Source: Octopus sinensis
Taxonomy: Eukaryota
Length of the DNA stretch: 64,000 nucleotides
Assembly: GCF_006345805.1 (NCBI RefSeq)
Contig: NC_042998.1
Location: 87,420,001 to 87,484,000 of the forward strand
Direction of reading: 5' to 3'
The position numbers and the translations under genes were made by a program. Position 1 is the stretch's first letter. Every line of letters starts with the position of its first letter. This document shows, piece after piece, positions 50,923 through 64,000 of this stretch. The notes beneath the pieces are model-generated. The model saw only the letters and a program-made list of their open reading frames with translations, was not told where the DNA came from and did no database searches.

Positions 50923-51375
50923 CAGTTAATATGAGGCTTTGTGTTTATTTAAAATATATCGGTCAAGAGGTGGGCACATACCCTGGCGGAATCGGTGGAG
51001 CATCGGCCGATATTTAGTCACCTCCCTTTATTCGTTTGTGTTGACGATAATGAATTGGCAGTCTCTCTAACGCAGTATCTAGTGGCGGCCCGTTAATTGC
51101 TTTTTATTTTCGGGTGTCCATTAATTAGTAAAAAATTAGAACGGATTTGTATTCCCCTGATGTAGTTGTGAATGGAATAATAATAGTAGCCAGGACTGTC
51201 ACCTTTTTGAGGCTGATAAAATAAAATGATGTGGTTGAAGTATTGGTCTACGATCTAACATGTACTTTTGCATGGGCACAGTTTTCTGGCTGAAAAAAAA
51301 ATTTAAAAGATAATCCATTCAGTGTCAGAATTTCAAAACTTTGAAAATTAAAGAACATTGAAGTAAAAATTAATG

Positions 51376-51448
51376 CGAGCTCACCAGGATTCGAACCTGG
51401 AATCTTCTGATCCGTAGTCAGACGCGTTATCCATTGCGCCACGAGCCC
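51376..51448 (-). tRNA. tRNA-Arg(ACG), identical to the 47798 copy
   Basis: Exact reverse complement of 47798-47870; T5 terminator a few nt downstream. Confidence 0.97.
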
Positions 51449-51842
51449 TAACCGATGGTTTGGACTCACAATATACAATATATTATTTAAAATTTTCTCA
51501 ATGTTATTTAAGAGTTAATGTTTTAAAAAGTATAGTCGAATCATTTTTAAAATTTGCGTATGTCATAGTATTGTAAAATTACGTAGACTGTGTATCCTTT
51601 ATTTAACTTTCAACTTCATTCTGAACTTAAGTACTTAACTTACGATCGTTCGTTGAAATTCTAACACACTTTCTTCATTTTAATTTAGCATGATGCAGAT
51701 ACAGTCTTACCCTGGCAATTTGATAGCTATTAAAAATTGATGTGCTTTCCGAATATAATTGCTGCATCCCTTTCAATCGAAAGCTGTAAAATTATTTTAT
51801 AAAACATGTTTATTCATAAGGAACTATTACTTGTCGTCACCG

Positions 51843-51850
51843 CCGGAAGT
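51843..51850 (+). promoter_or_regulatory. YJU2: ETS-type motif CCGGAAGT in YJU2 proximal promoter
   Basis: Consensus match 60 nt upstream of the ATG in a locally CpG-containing stretch. Confidence 0.5.
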
Positions 51851-51910
51851 ACTTTCTGACAATTGTTTTTACTGCAAGTTGTTTTGGAGTTCTTGTAAAA
51901 ACATTTAACA

Positions 51911-51934
51911 ATGTCTGAGAGAAAGGTTTTAAAC
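51911..51934 (+). CDS. YJU2: YJU2/CCDC94 splicing factor exon 1
   Basis: MSERKVLN then GTAAGT; invariant YJU2 N-terminus. Confidence 0.95.
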
Positions 51935-53772
51935 GTAAGTTGCATTTTAATGTATATATGTAAATTGATCTGTGTGTTTTAAATGTAAGTTTTGTTTTAA
52001 TTTATGTGAATTGATTTGTTTTTACTTCCAGTAATTGCGTTTGTATTATTTTGATTTCTAAAGAAAACCCATCCTACTTCATTTGCATAGACTGCTGTGC
52101 ACATTTTATGAAAATGAGACTACCATGCACACATAAAAAACAAAAACTAGTTAAAATATCTTCTTAGTATATAATGGTGGCAAGTTTTACATCATCTGAA
52201 AAGTTATTAGTTGAACTATTAGTCCTCTTACATTAGACCCCAACAAACACCCATAAAGTAAATGCATCTATCTGGGCCACGATCGTGGCCTATCGACCTG
52301 TGCCTGACGGCCACGATCGTGGCCTGTCGCGCTTTATGTGTTAATAAAGATATAAAAATACTAGTTACTAAACTCTCCTTCATCTTTGTCTTATTTACAC
52401 CGATAATTTGGTGTCGCACACACGTTTGCATTCTTTTATATTTTTATTACTTTCACTCATTGGACTGCGACCATGCTAAGGCACTACTTTTACTAGTTCT
52501 GTTGTTCGTATTGATACAATACTTATTTCAGTTTGAAATTATTTTATCGAGGTACTAAGTAACATTTGGATTCTGTCTCAGAATCCAGAAGTAATGAGAG
52601 GTAATCAAAACAATTGAGTAATTTAGAAATGGGTATTCCTAAACTGCTAAGTTGTGGGACGTAAAAGGGCACTCACACACAGAGTTTCAGCCTGTCTCAA
52701 GGTATTGACCAGTACGAGGTTATAGTAAAATACAGTTGCCCAAGGTATCACAGAAGGGGAGTGATCGGTAGTTCTATGTTGTTCAGAAGTAAACTTTTTA
52801 AACACATAGTTATGTGTTTCTTCATATTATCTTATTTCCCAACAGCAAAGTGTAAGTGATCTAGAATAGAATTCCTCCAAGGACCTAAAACTTTGTCATC
52901 TTTAAGTTTCAGATCCAGTAAATACCTCTGTACCGATCAGATGTTGGTCAATTGTAAAACATACTAAAATACCTCTTATAGATCCGGGACTACATTGACG
53001 CTACATATATCCCAAGAAGTATTCTTGTTGATTGATAAAGACCCACTACCACTATGCTATGCACATTCTCTTTCTTCTATATTCTTACAACTATGGCTCC
53101 TGCTCCTCTGCTTTTAGAAGCCTCATATCACTTCTGTTCAAGACTTCACATTCACTCACCTCCTATCATCATCTAAAGTGCTTCACACCCACATACCTCT
53201 ATTAATACCATCCTATCCTTAACTGTAGTTCTAAGCAACTTCGTCTCTGTCCATGTTTTCTTTTTTTTTTACTCCTGTTCATCCCTGGCTGAGTATACTT
53301 CTGATCCAAGATGCTCCAAACATGAACATTCCATCGTATTTTGGGCGGTGTACCTAGAACCATATGCAATATGTCCTTATCTTTTCAAGATGGCAGTGCA
53401 TGATATGAGGGAGACTTAGTTGCTACTTCTTTTGGATTATTCAACAATGTATCTGCTCCCTTTCTCTTATAGACTTCAACTTGAAGTAGCAAAAGTTTAA
53501 CCTCGACTGTAATAATCTTACCTGTCTGGGATGACCTGCAGAGGTCATGGGTGTTACTGTTCCCTTGATTAAAAAGGAAAACATCTTTTCGCAGATGATA
53601 TCCCATTGGGATGGCAGTAGACAAAATGTATGAGTAATAAACTGGAATGAATGTATTCTGTTATATTTCTTTTATCACATGCACACACAGTGATCTATAG
53701 TTATTTGAAATTAATTATATTCCACAGAATTACAATATCTAAAACAATTGCTATTTTCTATTTATATTTCAG

Positions 53773-53873
53773 AAATACTATCCACCGGATTTCGATCCCT
53801 CAAAGATCCCCAAGTTACGGTTGCCCAGAAATAGGCAATACAGCATTCGTATTATGGCTCCATTTAATATGAG
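53773..53873 (+). CDS. YJU2: YJU2 exon 2
   Basis: [33 protein letters not shown](R); AG/GT. Confidence 0.97.
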
Positions 53874-55906
53874 GTAATTATTAAGTCAGATATGAAAATG
53901 GAAGATGAATTGAAAGAAAGGAATATTTGATAAGCAAAATGTTTTCATAAAAAATGGTTTAAAGTAATATTGTAAAAATATTAGTCATTTTAATGTATCT
54001 TTTATATTTCAGTTATTTCTATCATTGGACTGTGGCCATGCTGGGGTACCACTTAGAATAAATCAATCCCAGTACTTCTTTTGTTTTTGAAGACTTACAT
54101 TCTATCAGTCTCTTGCTGAACTGCTTAGTTGTGGGGACATAACCAAACCAACATCAGTTTTTAAGCAGTGTGGAGACAGGCACAAAAATACATGCACACA
54201 CAGAGAGAGGCTTCCACACAGTTTTCAGCTCCCAAATTACTTACAATTTTGGTCAGCCCAGAGCTATGATAGAAGACACTTGTCCAAGGTACTGCACATT
54301 GGGACTGAACCTAAAATGTTGTGGTTGTAAAGCAAGGTTCTTAACCATACAGCCATGCCTGTTCCTATAAAAATATTTGCTAAGTACTTAGGTGTTTAAA
54401 ATGTGTTAAAAGAAGATGCCTTTATCTGACTGAAATATTGATTTGTGTCTGATGTTATTCAATTATTAGAAACCTTTTAGTCTGTCATGAGTGTCTAGAA
54501 AAGATACTTCATTGAGTTTGTAACTATAAGGAGTGTAAGAAACAGAAATATTCCAATTAAAATAAAAACAGACTTCTGTTCTGTTGGTTTGGCTATGGTG
54601 AGGATTCAGTTGTTCAATCAACTGAACAACCTGCTCATAGAATTAGCCTGTAAATGGCTGAGTATTCCATAGATGCGTATATACTATTAACATAATCTGT
54701 AAGTAGAATTAGCTTGCCACAGTGTGTGACAAGGCTGTACCTTTTGAATTACTCGTATGATCCATTTGACTGCTTCTACACTGTTTCCATCTACTCAGTT
54801 TCACTCAAAAGACTTGGTGTGACCTGAAGCAATGGTAAAAGACACTTGCCCAAGATTCCACGCAGTGAAATTGAACCCAGGAACTCATGATTGTGATGCA
54901 AACTTCTTTTTACTACTTGGCTATGTTGTGTCCATCCATATAAAATAACACTGATGTGATTTAGCAGACACTGATTCTACTTGCAGACACTTTCCTGTTT
55001 GTTTTCCCTGCTGGTATAGGTTATATAGTTCTGATGAGCCATAGGAATACTTTAAGTTTCAATTTCGACTTTGGCATGATTTCTATGACCAAATGCCCTT
55101 CCAAAAACCAACCACTTTACAGAGTAGACTTTTTTTTCTAGTGGCACTGGCACTAGTGAGGTCACCAGGTAACTCACAAGAGGTCCCTCATAACTGAGTG
55201 GAAGGTGTAGTAGAGAGAGTATAATTGGCAAAAGTATGATAGAGGGACAGGAACAGGTGCCATTTAAAAAGTTATTGCAGTTTAGGTTGTGTAATTTTTT
55301 TTTTTTTTTAGTGAGACAACTTCAGGAGTTGGGAAGTCAGCTTCCAAACCACATAACTATACCTGTGCCTATTGCCACATCTGAAAAACCCACAGAAGTG
55401 ATAGTGTGTTAAGAGAAGGGACTTGTACAACTCATACTGATACAGACAAACAGATGTAAACTAATGGTAACGATGATAATGAAGAATATCGAGAAACTTG
55501 TGGATAAGAATTCATTTTATCATTTCATAATTTGAGATTAAGATGTTTGATGGTGGTTTCTGGATTAATGCCATGAAATGAAAAGTCATATGTTATGGTC
55601 ATCTGAATAAAGATTATGGGAATGAATTGAATTTTTAATGTGTGTTTTGTGTGTTTTGAAGATCAGCCAGGAAATTACATTAATAAATTTTATATATCCC
55701 TTGAAATGAGTAATGTTGTTGATGAAAATTAGGATGAGTTTGACAAACTATCTTGGCTTATCTAGGTGAAGAATTTTTTCTTATTGCTAATTTAATCGTC
55801 ATTTAGTTTTTGCTTGAAGAAGCTTAAACTTTTCATTCTTTTTTGTTGAAACTGTTTTTTTATCGAATTATTGCATTGCTTGGCCTGTATTTCATTTTAT
55901 TCTTAG

Positions 55907-56051
55907 ATGTAATACTTGTGGTGAATATGTTTACAAGGGAAAGAAATTTAATTCTCGTAAAGAAACTGTAGAAAATGAAGACTATTTGGGTTTAAAGATT
56001 TTCCGATTCTACATCAAATGTCCACGTTGCGTTTCTGAGATTGCTTTCAAG
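55907..56051 (+). CDS. YJU2: YJU2 exon 3 (zinc-binding CxxC motifs)
   Basis: [48 protein letters not shown]. Confidence 0.97.
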
Positions 56052-57067
56052 GTAAGGATTTTTTAAGAAGGATCTGCCTTCTCTTCCTATTTTGAAATCA
56101 TTTTAATCTAACCTAGTGACTTTCATATAAATAACACAATATGTTGTTAAATGTGATATTAAATGTGAAATTGCAATGTCTAATTAGATTAGTTGTGTGT
56201 TGGCTTATGAGCAGAAGTTTTGGGAATTCATATATTGGCATTTGCATTATGTTTTGTCTTTGGCAAAGCACAGAATTGTCCAGATATTAAAATTAAATAA
56301 AATGAGGAAGATTATAATTTGGAGCACAAGAATTATTTGAACCAACAGAGTAGTTTGGTACGTGACTGAAAAATAACGAGTTGTCAAGACAAATTTTCAT
56401 CTGATTATTTGTTTAAACATACCTACTGAAATTATTGAAATGTAGACTGGCTCCAAAAGGGGTCTAACATAGCCAGTAATGTATGTCAGTGGGTAGCAGG
56501 TATTTAGAATGCAGGTAAACTGCAGGAGCTGGTTAAATTGGCACTCCTAGAGATATAATGTTCAGATGAAATCACCTGGCTTGTATACTAAAGGTGTGAT
56601 ATTACATGCACAAGATGAACTACCAAACAAGTGGAAAGATGGAATTATATTCTAGAAATTCTGTAATAATATAATCATTATTTGTTAATGTTTTGTGGAA
56701 AGTAGGTATCTTTTAATCAATGTAATACCACTCAGTACCTTAAATTGGTACAAAACTTAATTGAAATACTTAAATTAATGATTTATATATAGATGAATAA
56801 ATTTAACATTTATGAATTAACTAGAACTGCTTTCAATGTAATGCTTAATATTTTAGTTTATGGATGAAAACCATTTAAACAGAAAATGTTTAAAATGTAC
56901 AAATAAATTGAACATAAGCTGTAGGTAAAAAAACAGAGAAGACTTATGGTGACTGGAAAATTTACAAGATTAGAAGCAGTTGTTGAATATTAATCTGATA
57001 ATGCCTTTTTTTGATTGAGTAATTATTCAAAGATTTATTTCATGTATAATTTTTATCTTGTCATTAG

Positions 57068-57202
57068 ACTGACTTGAAAAACACTGATTACACCTTGGAA
57101 GCTGGAGCTACAAGAAATTTTGAAGCTGCCAAATTGGCAGAACAAATGGAGGAACGGTCTCGTAAAGAGAAAGAAGAGGAGGAAATGAATAACCCAATGA
57201 AG
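57068..57202 (+). CDS. YJU2: YJU2 exon 4
   Basis: [45 protein letters not shown]; phase 0 both ends. Confidence 0.96.
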
Positions 57203-59019
57203 GTTAGTTGTATTTCATATATATTTATTTTCTTTGAGCATATTACTTATAAGAAATTACCATCTGATCTCTTAGTTCTGTGAGCTTAGAGATTGTGCAG
57301 TGTTTAAAATTCATCAAGCCATCTAAAGATATGTAACTGTTTTTTTTTTTTTTTGAAAACTATCCCATAGCTATATGGATGGTTAAGAAGTTCACTGTTT
57401 GGCACCTCAGGTAAGTATTTTCTGATATAGCCCCAGGCCAACCAGAACCTTGCAAGTGGATTTAGTTGGCAGAAAACTGAAGAAGTCCATTGTGTGTGTA
57501 TGTCTCCTTAACTTGACATTGTGTGCTGGTTGTTAGCAAGCATCTTCATCTTACAAGCAGTATTGTTTCTTTGTTAGCTTCTGCGAAAATATGTTAGGTC
57601 GTTATCCTGTTCATGTTCAAAAGACCAGAGACAAGTTTACTTTGCTTGGAAATAGTTAAAAGTTGATAACAAGATGCCCATCCCGCCATAGAAAATCTGC
57701 TTCAACTAATGGTTTTAAATGATGATGATGATTCCAAGCCATATGTTTGTATAGGGAAGGTTAGAAATGCATTTGTAGTGATATAATGTGCAGCTGATGA
57801 AGTGAAGTCAGTAAAAGATGGAACTGGGTGTTGTGGCATGAAAGATGTTATCATTGGTACCAACTTTGCAAACATTTGCTTGGAATCAATGAAGGAGCCT
57901 CTGTATAGTTGCTGAAATAGTTGCCAATCTCCAGCTTATTACATCTTACCATCTTTCATCATCATCTTCGTCGTTTAACATCAGCTTTCCATGGGTTGGA
58001 CGGTTTGACTAAGGATTGGCAAGCCAAAAGGCTGCACTAGGCTCCAATCCGATCTGGCAAAGTTTCTACAGCTGGATGTAGTGAGTGCACAAGGGCTAGT
58101 CAGGCGGTACTGGCATCGACCACGCTTGAATGGTGATATTCACGCGCCTCTGGCATGGGGGCCAGTCAGGTAGCACTGGCAACAATCATGCTCGAGTTGG
58201 GGTTTTTTATATGCCACCAGCATGGGACCAGTCAAGTGGCACTGGCATCGACCACGCTCGAATGGTGCTTTTTATGTGCCACTAGGCACAGTGATAGAAA
58301 TAGTCTATTTATAAAAATGACTTTTTCATCTTAATTGATAAGTAATAAAGATGAATTGGTCATATCTAGAATGTCTTTCATCATGGCTCAAAGTCTCTTT
58401 GATCGGGGTTGAGCTGGGGTTAAACAACACCATTCATTATCCTTTGTTGGTTGCAAGCTTACAAAACATGAAATGGTATTTGTTATTGAAACAGTTAACA
58501 AGGTGTTGTCAGGGCAGTGGATTGGCAGAATGCCTTCTGATTATTTGTGTTTTGAGTTCAAATCCCATCAAAGTCAACTTTTATTTCGTCCTTTCAAAGT
58601 TGACAAAATATAACACCAGTCTAGTACTGAGTTTGATGGTATCAACCAACTGCCACCACCTAAAATTGCCGGCTTTGTGCCTATATTAGAAACAGTTATG
58701 TTTTTGTTATTAGCCTAGAATAGATAATAAAGCAATACTGTTTGCAGAAAGATATAAAAACTGTGTTGATAAATGAGAGTAGATTGATAAATGTCCTTTT
58801 TTTAAAATCTAAATTGCGAAGTGTTTTATAGTTGGATGATTATCTTACTTTTAGCCATTTAACCTTAAAGTAAGAGTTGAACTTTTACTTTTCAAGTAAA
58901 TAAAACTCATTTGCTACTTTTTTCTATCCTTATGTATCTTGTTTAAGTAAAGATATGGTAGTAGTAGCATGTGGGTTTTATTTTCTTTTAAGAACAATCT
59001 CTAAAATCTTGTATCTCAG

Positions 59020-59201
59020 GTACTGGAAAACAGAACGAAAGCCAGTCGACAAGAAATGGAGCAAATTGATGCTTTAGAAGAATTGAGAGACTTGAATAAC
59101 CGACATGCCACTGTTGACCATGAAACCATGTTGAAGTTGCATGCTGCTTATGAAGAACAATTAGCTAAACTACAAGATGAAGAGGATGAAAACCTTGTAA
59201 A
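59020..59201 (+). CDS. YJU2: YJU2 exon 5
   Basis: VLENRTKASRQEMEQIDALEELRDLNNRHATVDHETML...QDEEDENLV(K). Confidence 0.95.
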
Positions 59202-60544
59202 GTAAGATAATTCCACTCTTTGTGTTACTCGTTTTATTTCGACAGTAATACTGCCTATATCTCTTGAATAATTTTTAATGAAGCTATAATTTATTGATAT
59301 TATTAAGTAGAAGTTATTGAGTAGTTATATACATTTATATATACATGCATGAATGCGTACATAAGTACATATATTTGTTCAGTCATTTAATGACAGTTTG
59401 ACCCAGCTCCACATTACTAAAGGTTTTGTAGGCACTGATGTGTATCTTTTTCCTTGGATACACTCAGAGTTAAGAAAATGTAAAGATGGGCTTCTGTTGA
59501 TCAGTTCATAAAAACATTGGCAGAACAGTGATGTTATTTGATTTTATATATGCTCCACATATAAATATATGCACAGTCTGTTAGTGTCAAGTAGTTAGTG
59601 ATCTGCAAAGGTTCAGTAAACTTAGATGATGATGTTCCATGTGGTGAGGTAATCTGCCTAGTGGTGTAAAGCTATATTTCAGTTGTGTCAAGCATAGGTG
59701 AGTAGTATAGTTTTAGCTGGGTGAAGGCAGGCCATGATAATAATGTGTTATAGGGAATTAATCTCACTATGAGCAAACAGGATTAATTCCACCTCTCTGT
59801 TGGTATAAAGTAGCTGGAGGTGTTTACATAGCTAATATGTATGTGTAGTGGTGACATTGGAGGAATAGACAATGAAAGTTTTGGAGATGTTTGGCTGTGC
59901 AAGAGCTTTGTGGACTTAAGGAATAAAAGTAGGCAGGTGTAGATGCTTTCTCATGAGAAGTACAGTCTCATGAGAGACTCCAGGACTAAGGAAATTATTT
60001 CCCCAACATCACTTGGAACATCTTTGACTGAGCTTCTCTTTACTTACTTGAAGTCCATAATTGCCAATTACTGCCTTTGGGAAAAACTGCAGATATGACC
60101 ACAGCCTACTTTATCCATTAATAGGAAAGTGATCTATCCTATTGTTATCACCAAAGATACATTCTGTTCATGAACTTCAAATTATTGGCAACTAATAACA
60201 CTGAAAGATTACTTTAGCCCAAACTGATTCATGCACAATTGTAGGATATGCAATTTCTGCAGTAGAATTGAACCTAGAGCCTAGAAAGACAGATTGGTGT
60301 TCCTACATACATGTGAGGAATCTTGTGAGAACTGGCTGCCTTGGTATAAAGCAGCTGGACGTGTTTTCATATCTAATATGTATTTGTTGTGGTGACATTG
60401 GTGGAATAGACAAGGAAAGTTTTGGAGATATTTGGCTGTTCGAGAGCTTTGTGGAGTTAGGAAATAAAAGTAGGCAGAAGGTATAGATGCTTTATCATGA
60501 GAAGTACAACTTATAGAGCTATTGTAAGTTGTAGCCACAGATAC

Positions 60545-61095
60545 AATATCGTAGCTGTGGCCAGTGCCCTCGACTGGCTCCTGTGCAGGTGGCATGTAAA
60601 AAGCACCATCGAACGTAGTCGATGTCAGGTCCACCTAACTGGCTTCCGTGCTAGTGGCATGTAAAAAGTACCATCCAAATGTGGCTGATGCTAGTACCCA
60701 CTGACTGGCTTCTGTGCCGGTGGCATGTAAAAAGCACTATCTGAACACAATCGACGCCAAGACAGCCTGACTGGTTCCTGTGCCAGTGGCATGTAAAAAG
60801 CACCATCCAAACATGGCTGATGCCAGTACCTCATGACTGGCCCCCGTACTAGTGGCACATAAAAGCACTATCCGAACATGATTGATACCAGGCCCGCCTG
60901 ACTGGCTTTCGTGCTGGTGGCACGTAAAAAGCATCCACTACACTCTCTGAGTGGTTGGTGTTAGGAAAGGCATCTAGCTGTAGAAACATTGCCAGATCAG
61001 ATTGGAGCCTGTTGCAGCCACCGGCTCTCCAGACCTCAATCAAACCGTTCAACCCATGCCAGCATGGAAAACTGACGTTAAACCACAATGATGAG
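60545..61095 (+). mobile_element. RTE-type 3' UTR copy with ~6 diverged ~60-bp subrepeats
   Basis: Repeated gactggc...gtggcatgtaaaaagcac units, then the shared terminal block and atgatga tail. Confidence 0.75.
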
Positions 61096-61954
61096 GATTA
61101 TGTAGTAAAAGAGTAATGATAATAGAATTTTTTAAAGTTGGTAATTGATAAAAAGGAAAAGTTGTAATTTGGGAGAGCTTACAGGCTGTAATGTTGTTTT
61201 AAAGTACCATTTATTTTACAGATAGTAGTCTTGCAGTAGTGAGTAAAAACCATCTTATCAGTGGAGGCTGGGGATGTATTTTTAGGTGTAGTAAGTTGCA
61301 TTCATTGTTTGTATTGCTGTAGACCAGCTATATATGAACAAGTTGGAAAATTAGGGGATGGGGTCCGGTTATGTGAGGGTTATGAATATTTCAAAGAGAT
61401 TGAATTTGGTCATCTGTTTAGCTGTGGAAGATGGATGAGAAGTGAAGCACACTTACTGGGTATTAAAGCATGAAACTCCAAGTAGCTTGGAGTGTCACCT
61501 TATTTGAAGTGTCACCTGGTCTGGTGTTATGCAATATGTAGATGTGTTGTGGGTAGATGTATTTAGGCAGTGATTGGATGATTCAGTAGGTGCCAAAATA
61601 GTGAGTGTTTGCAGTAAAGTAGAGAATTGGCCCATTGATACTAATGTGTTACATCTCACTGTGTGGCACTTATGACAAGTATTATCTTCTATAGCCTCAG
61701 GCTGACAAAGCAACGCCTCATGAGTGAAACTGGAAATTTGTTGATGGAAACTGTGCAGAAGTTCATATGTGTGTGTGTGTGTGTGTGTGTGTGTCTATGT
61801 ATATGTGTGCACATGTGTGTGAGTGTGTGTTTGAACTTGAACCTTTAGTTCCATGTGTTCACATTGGATTGTTTCAGCAATGGTGATGTTATGTTTGTTA
61901 ATATAGGAGCTGAATGTTAGATGATGATGATGATTATCTCATGTCTTCTTTCAG

Positions 61955-62093
61955 ATCAATTTTCAATAATCACAATAGTGATTATATTAAACGGCTAGAA
62001 GATGAAGATGAAGATGAAGGTGAAGTTCCTAATGTAGAACCTTCATCTTCCAACAAGGCACATTTTGGGGAATTACTCACTGAACATATTAAG
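61955..62093 (+). CDS. YJU2: YJU2 exon 6 (gene continues past window)
   Basis: TTTCAG/GTAAGA, phase compatible; SIFNNHNSDYIKRLEDEDEDEGE...LTEHIK. Confidence 0.85.
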
Positions 62094-63669
62094 GTAAGAT
62101 AATTTCATGGTTTATTTTCTTCTTTTCACACTATATGAAGTTCTCTTTTATAACATGTATTTGGCAACCATCCTTACTATCACCAATTCCTTTCAAAACT
62201 CATTAAGTATCCACTGAAACTTCATCAGCAATTGTGCTCTCCACTAGGAAGAGAGATTTACAATATGTTATTATCTATGAAATGATTGTTTCAAATTATG
62301 GCACAAGGCCAGCAATTGTAGTGGGAATGGCATAGTTGATTATACCAACTCCATTATTCAACTAGTACTTTATTTTATTGACCTTGAAAGGATGAGATGC
62401 AAAGCTGACCTTAGCTGGTTTTGAATTCAGTCTGTAATGAGCCGGAGGAAATGCTTCTAAGCATTTTGTCTGACATGTTAACAATCCTGCCATCTCACTG
62501 CAATCCCATGAAGTAATCCTTTCTATCATAGGCACAAAGCTTGAAATCTTTGGGAGGGGCTTGAGGATTACATCAAACACTGCTTAACTGGCACTTATTT
62601 CAACCCTGAAAGGATGAAAGGCAAGGTTTGACCACAGCAGAATTTGAACTCAGAACATAAAGCTATGAAATAATGAACATGCTTATTCACTGTACAATTA
62701 GCTTTCTTTTACTGCAAAAAAACAAATGCATATACATTCATTCATTCATTTTTATTCTTATTATTCCATGCGGGCATGGCTGTGTGGTTAGGGAGCTTGC
62801 TTTCTAGCTACATGGTTTCGGGTTCAGTCCCACTGCGTGGCACTTTGGGTAGGTGTCTTCCACTATAGCCCCGAGCTGACCGGAGCTTTGTGATTGAATT
62901 CGGTAGGTGAAAGTTACTGCCGTGTGTGTATATGTGCGTGTAGGTGCTTGTGCCTCTCCGAAAGAGAGAGAGAGGGGGTTTGTATGGATTAGGTGAATAT
63001 ATAATTGAGACCTCTTCCCTGCACTATTTAATTGAATGTATGAGTAACTAGCACACATACTTTGTCAGATATTTTCAGCATCTTGCCAACTACCTTTGAT
63101 TGGCTTGCTGCCTTCCTTGCTTCGATATTCTACATGATCGTTTTCACTGTGAAACAGTCAACCTTAATTTCTGGTCTTCTTATTGGATCTACATGAATTA
63201 ACCACTCTTTTCTATACAAATTCTCATTTACCAATGCCTGTAGCATAGTTTCCATGCTTCTTCAGCATAGATGAAGATGAGTGCATGTTTTGCTAAAAGA
63301 CAATCTGACAGGCTCAGGTATGGTTATGCTTCCAAGTGTCTTCTACTATAGTCCCAGTTTGATCAAAGCATTGTGAGTGGATTTGGTAGATATAAATATA
63401 TATATGTACGTGTGTGTGTGTATGTGTGCACCTATGCTTGACTTCATGTGATGATTTAACATGAGCATCATTGTCATACAAGTGATGTTGTTTGTTTCCA
63501 CTCTTCCATGAAACACAGCCTGACCATGAAGAAATATTACTTTGTTTGGAAACAGGTGAAAGTTTGTAGTAGTGAGGGAATCCTATTGTAGAAAATTTGC
63601 CTCAAGGAATCCCATCTGACCCATGCAAGCATGGAAAAGTGGACTTTAAAACGATGATGATGATGATTT

Positions 63670-64000
63670 ATGCTCGCATACTGTTTCATAATTTTGAGCA
63701 ACTCCTGCCTCCGATCCTCACTGTATAGAACGTTGATGACAAGACTCTTTTGGCTATCACTCTTACTAGATATACCTAACATTTGTCTCCTCTTCAAGTC
63801 ACCTGATACCATACCTTTCATCCACTTCTTGTTTAAAAGACTGTATGATGAAGTTAAAATAATAGACAGAGAACACCACTGGAAAATACGAAAACTAAAA
63901 GAGGCAGCACATATGCTTGGACACAATAACCTCCTAAGCAGGTATGTGTAGAATATGACAACCAGTATTAAGGAAGGCTACAAAATATTAGGTTTATAAG
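63670..64000. mobile_element. Second PLE relic: RT-thumb-like segment (-) joined to GIY-YIG C-terminus (+)
   Basis: + frame DEVKIIDREHHWKIRKLKEAAHMLG; - frame KWMKGMVSGDLKRRQMLGISS...RRQELLKIMKQ. Confidence 0.5.

Overview
AT-rich (microsatellite- and transposon-dense) animal genomic DNA; the repeat content looks like an octopod cephalopod (inference, not proven). Three spliced genes on the + strand: the last four coding exons of a KCNQ1-type potassium channel (412-12925), a complete RPS26 (31834-38592, 118 aa, 4 coding exons) and the first six exons of YJU2/CCDC94 (51911-62093, runs off the window). Two identical tRNA-Arg(ACG) genes face each other (47798-47870 +, 51376-51448 -) at the outer ends of a diverged inverted duplication. 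The rest is mobile DNA: a Penelope-like retroelement in a KCNQ1 intron, RTE/CR1/CRE/Gypsy/Tc1/Tigger/hAT relics, hAT-Charlie MITEs, tRNA-derived SINEs and two foldback elements with GGATCTTT ends and internal TTAGGG repeats. Most notable: the Penelope element carries a 207-bp inverted pLTR pair (206/207 identical) that puts a type I hammerhead ribozyme fold, and its antisense twin, into the same KCNQ1 pre-mRNA intron. All alignments and folds were done by eye; no database searches were run.
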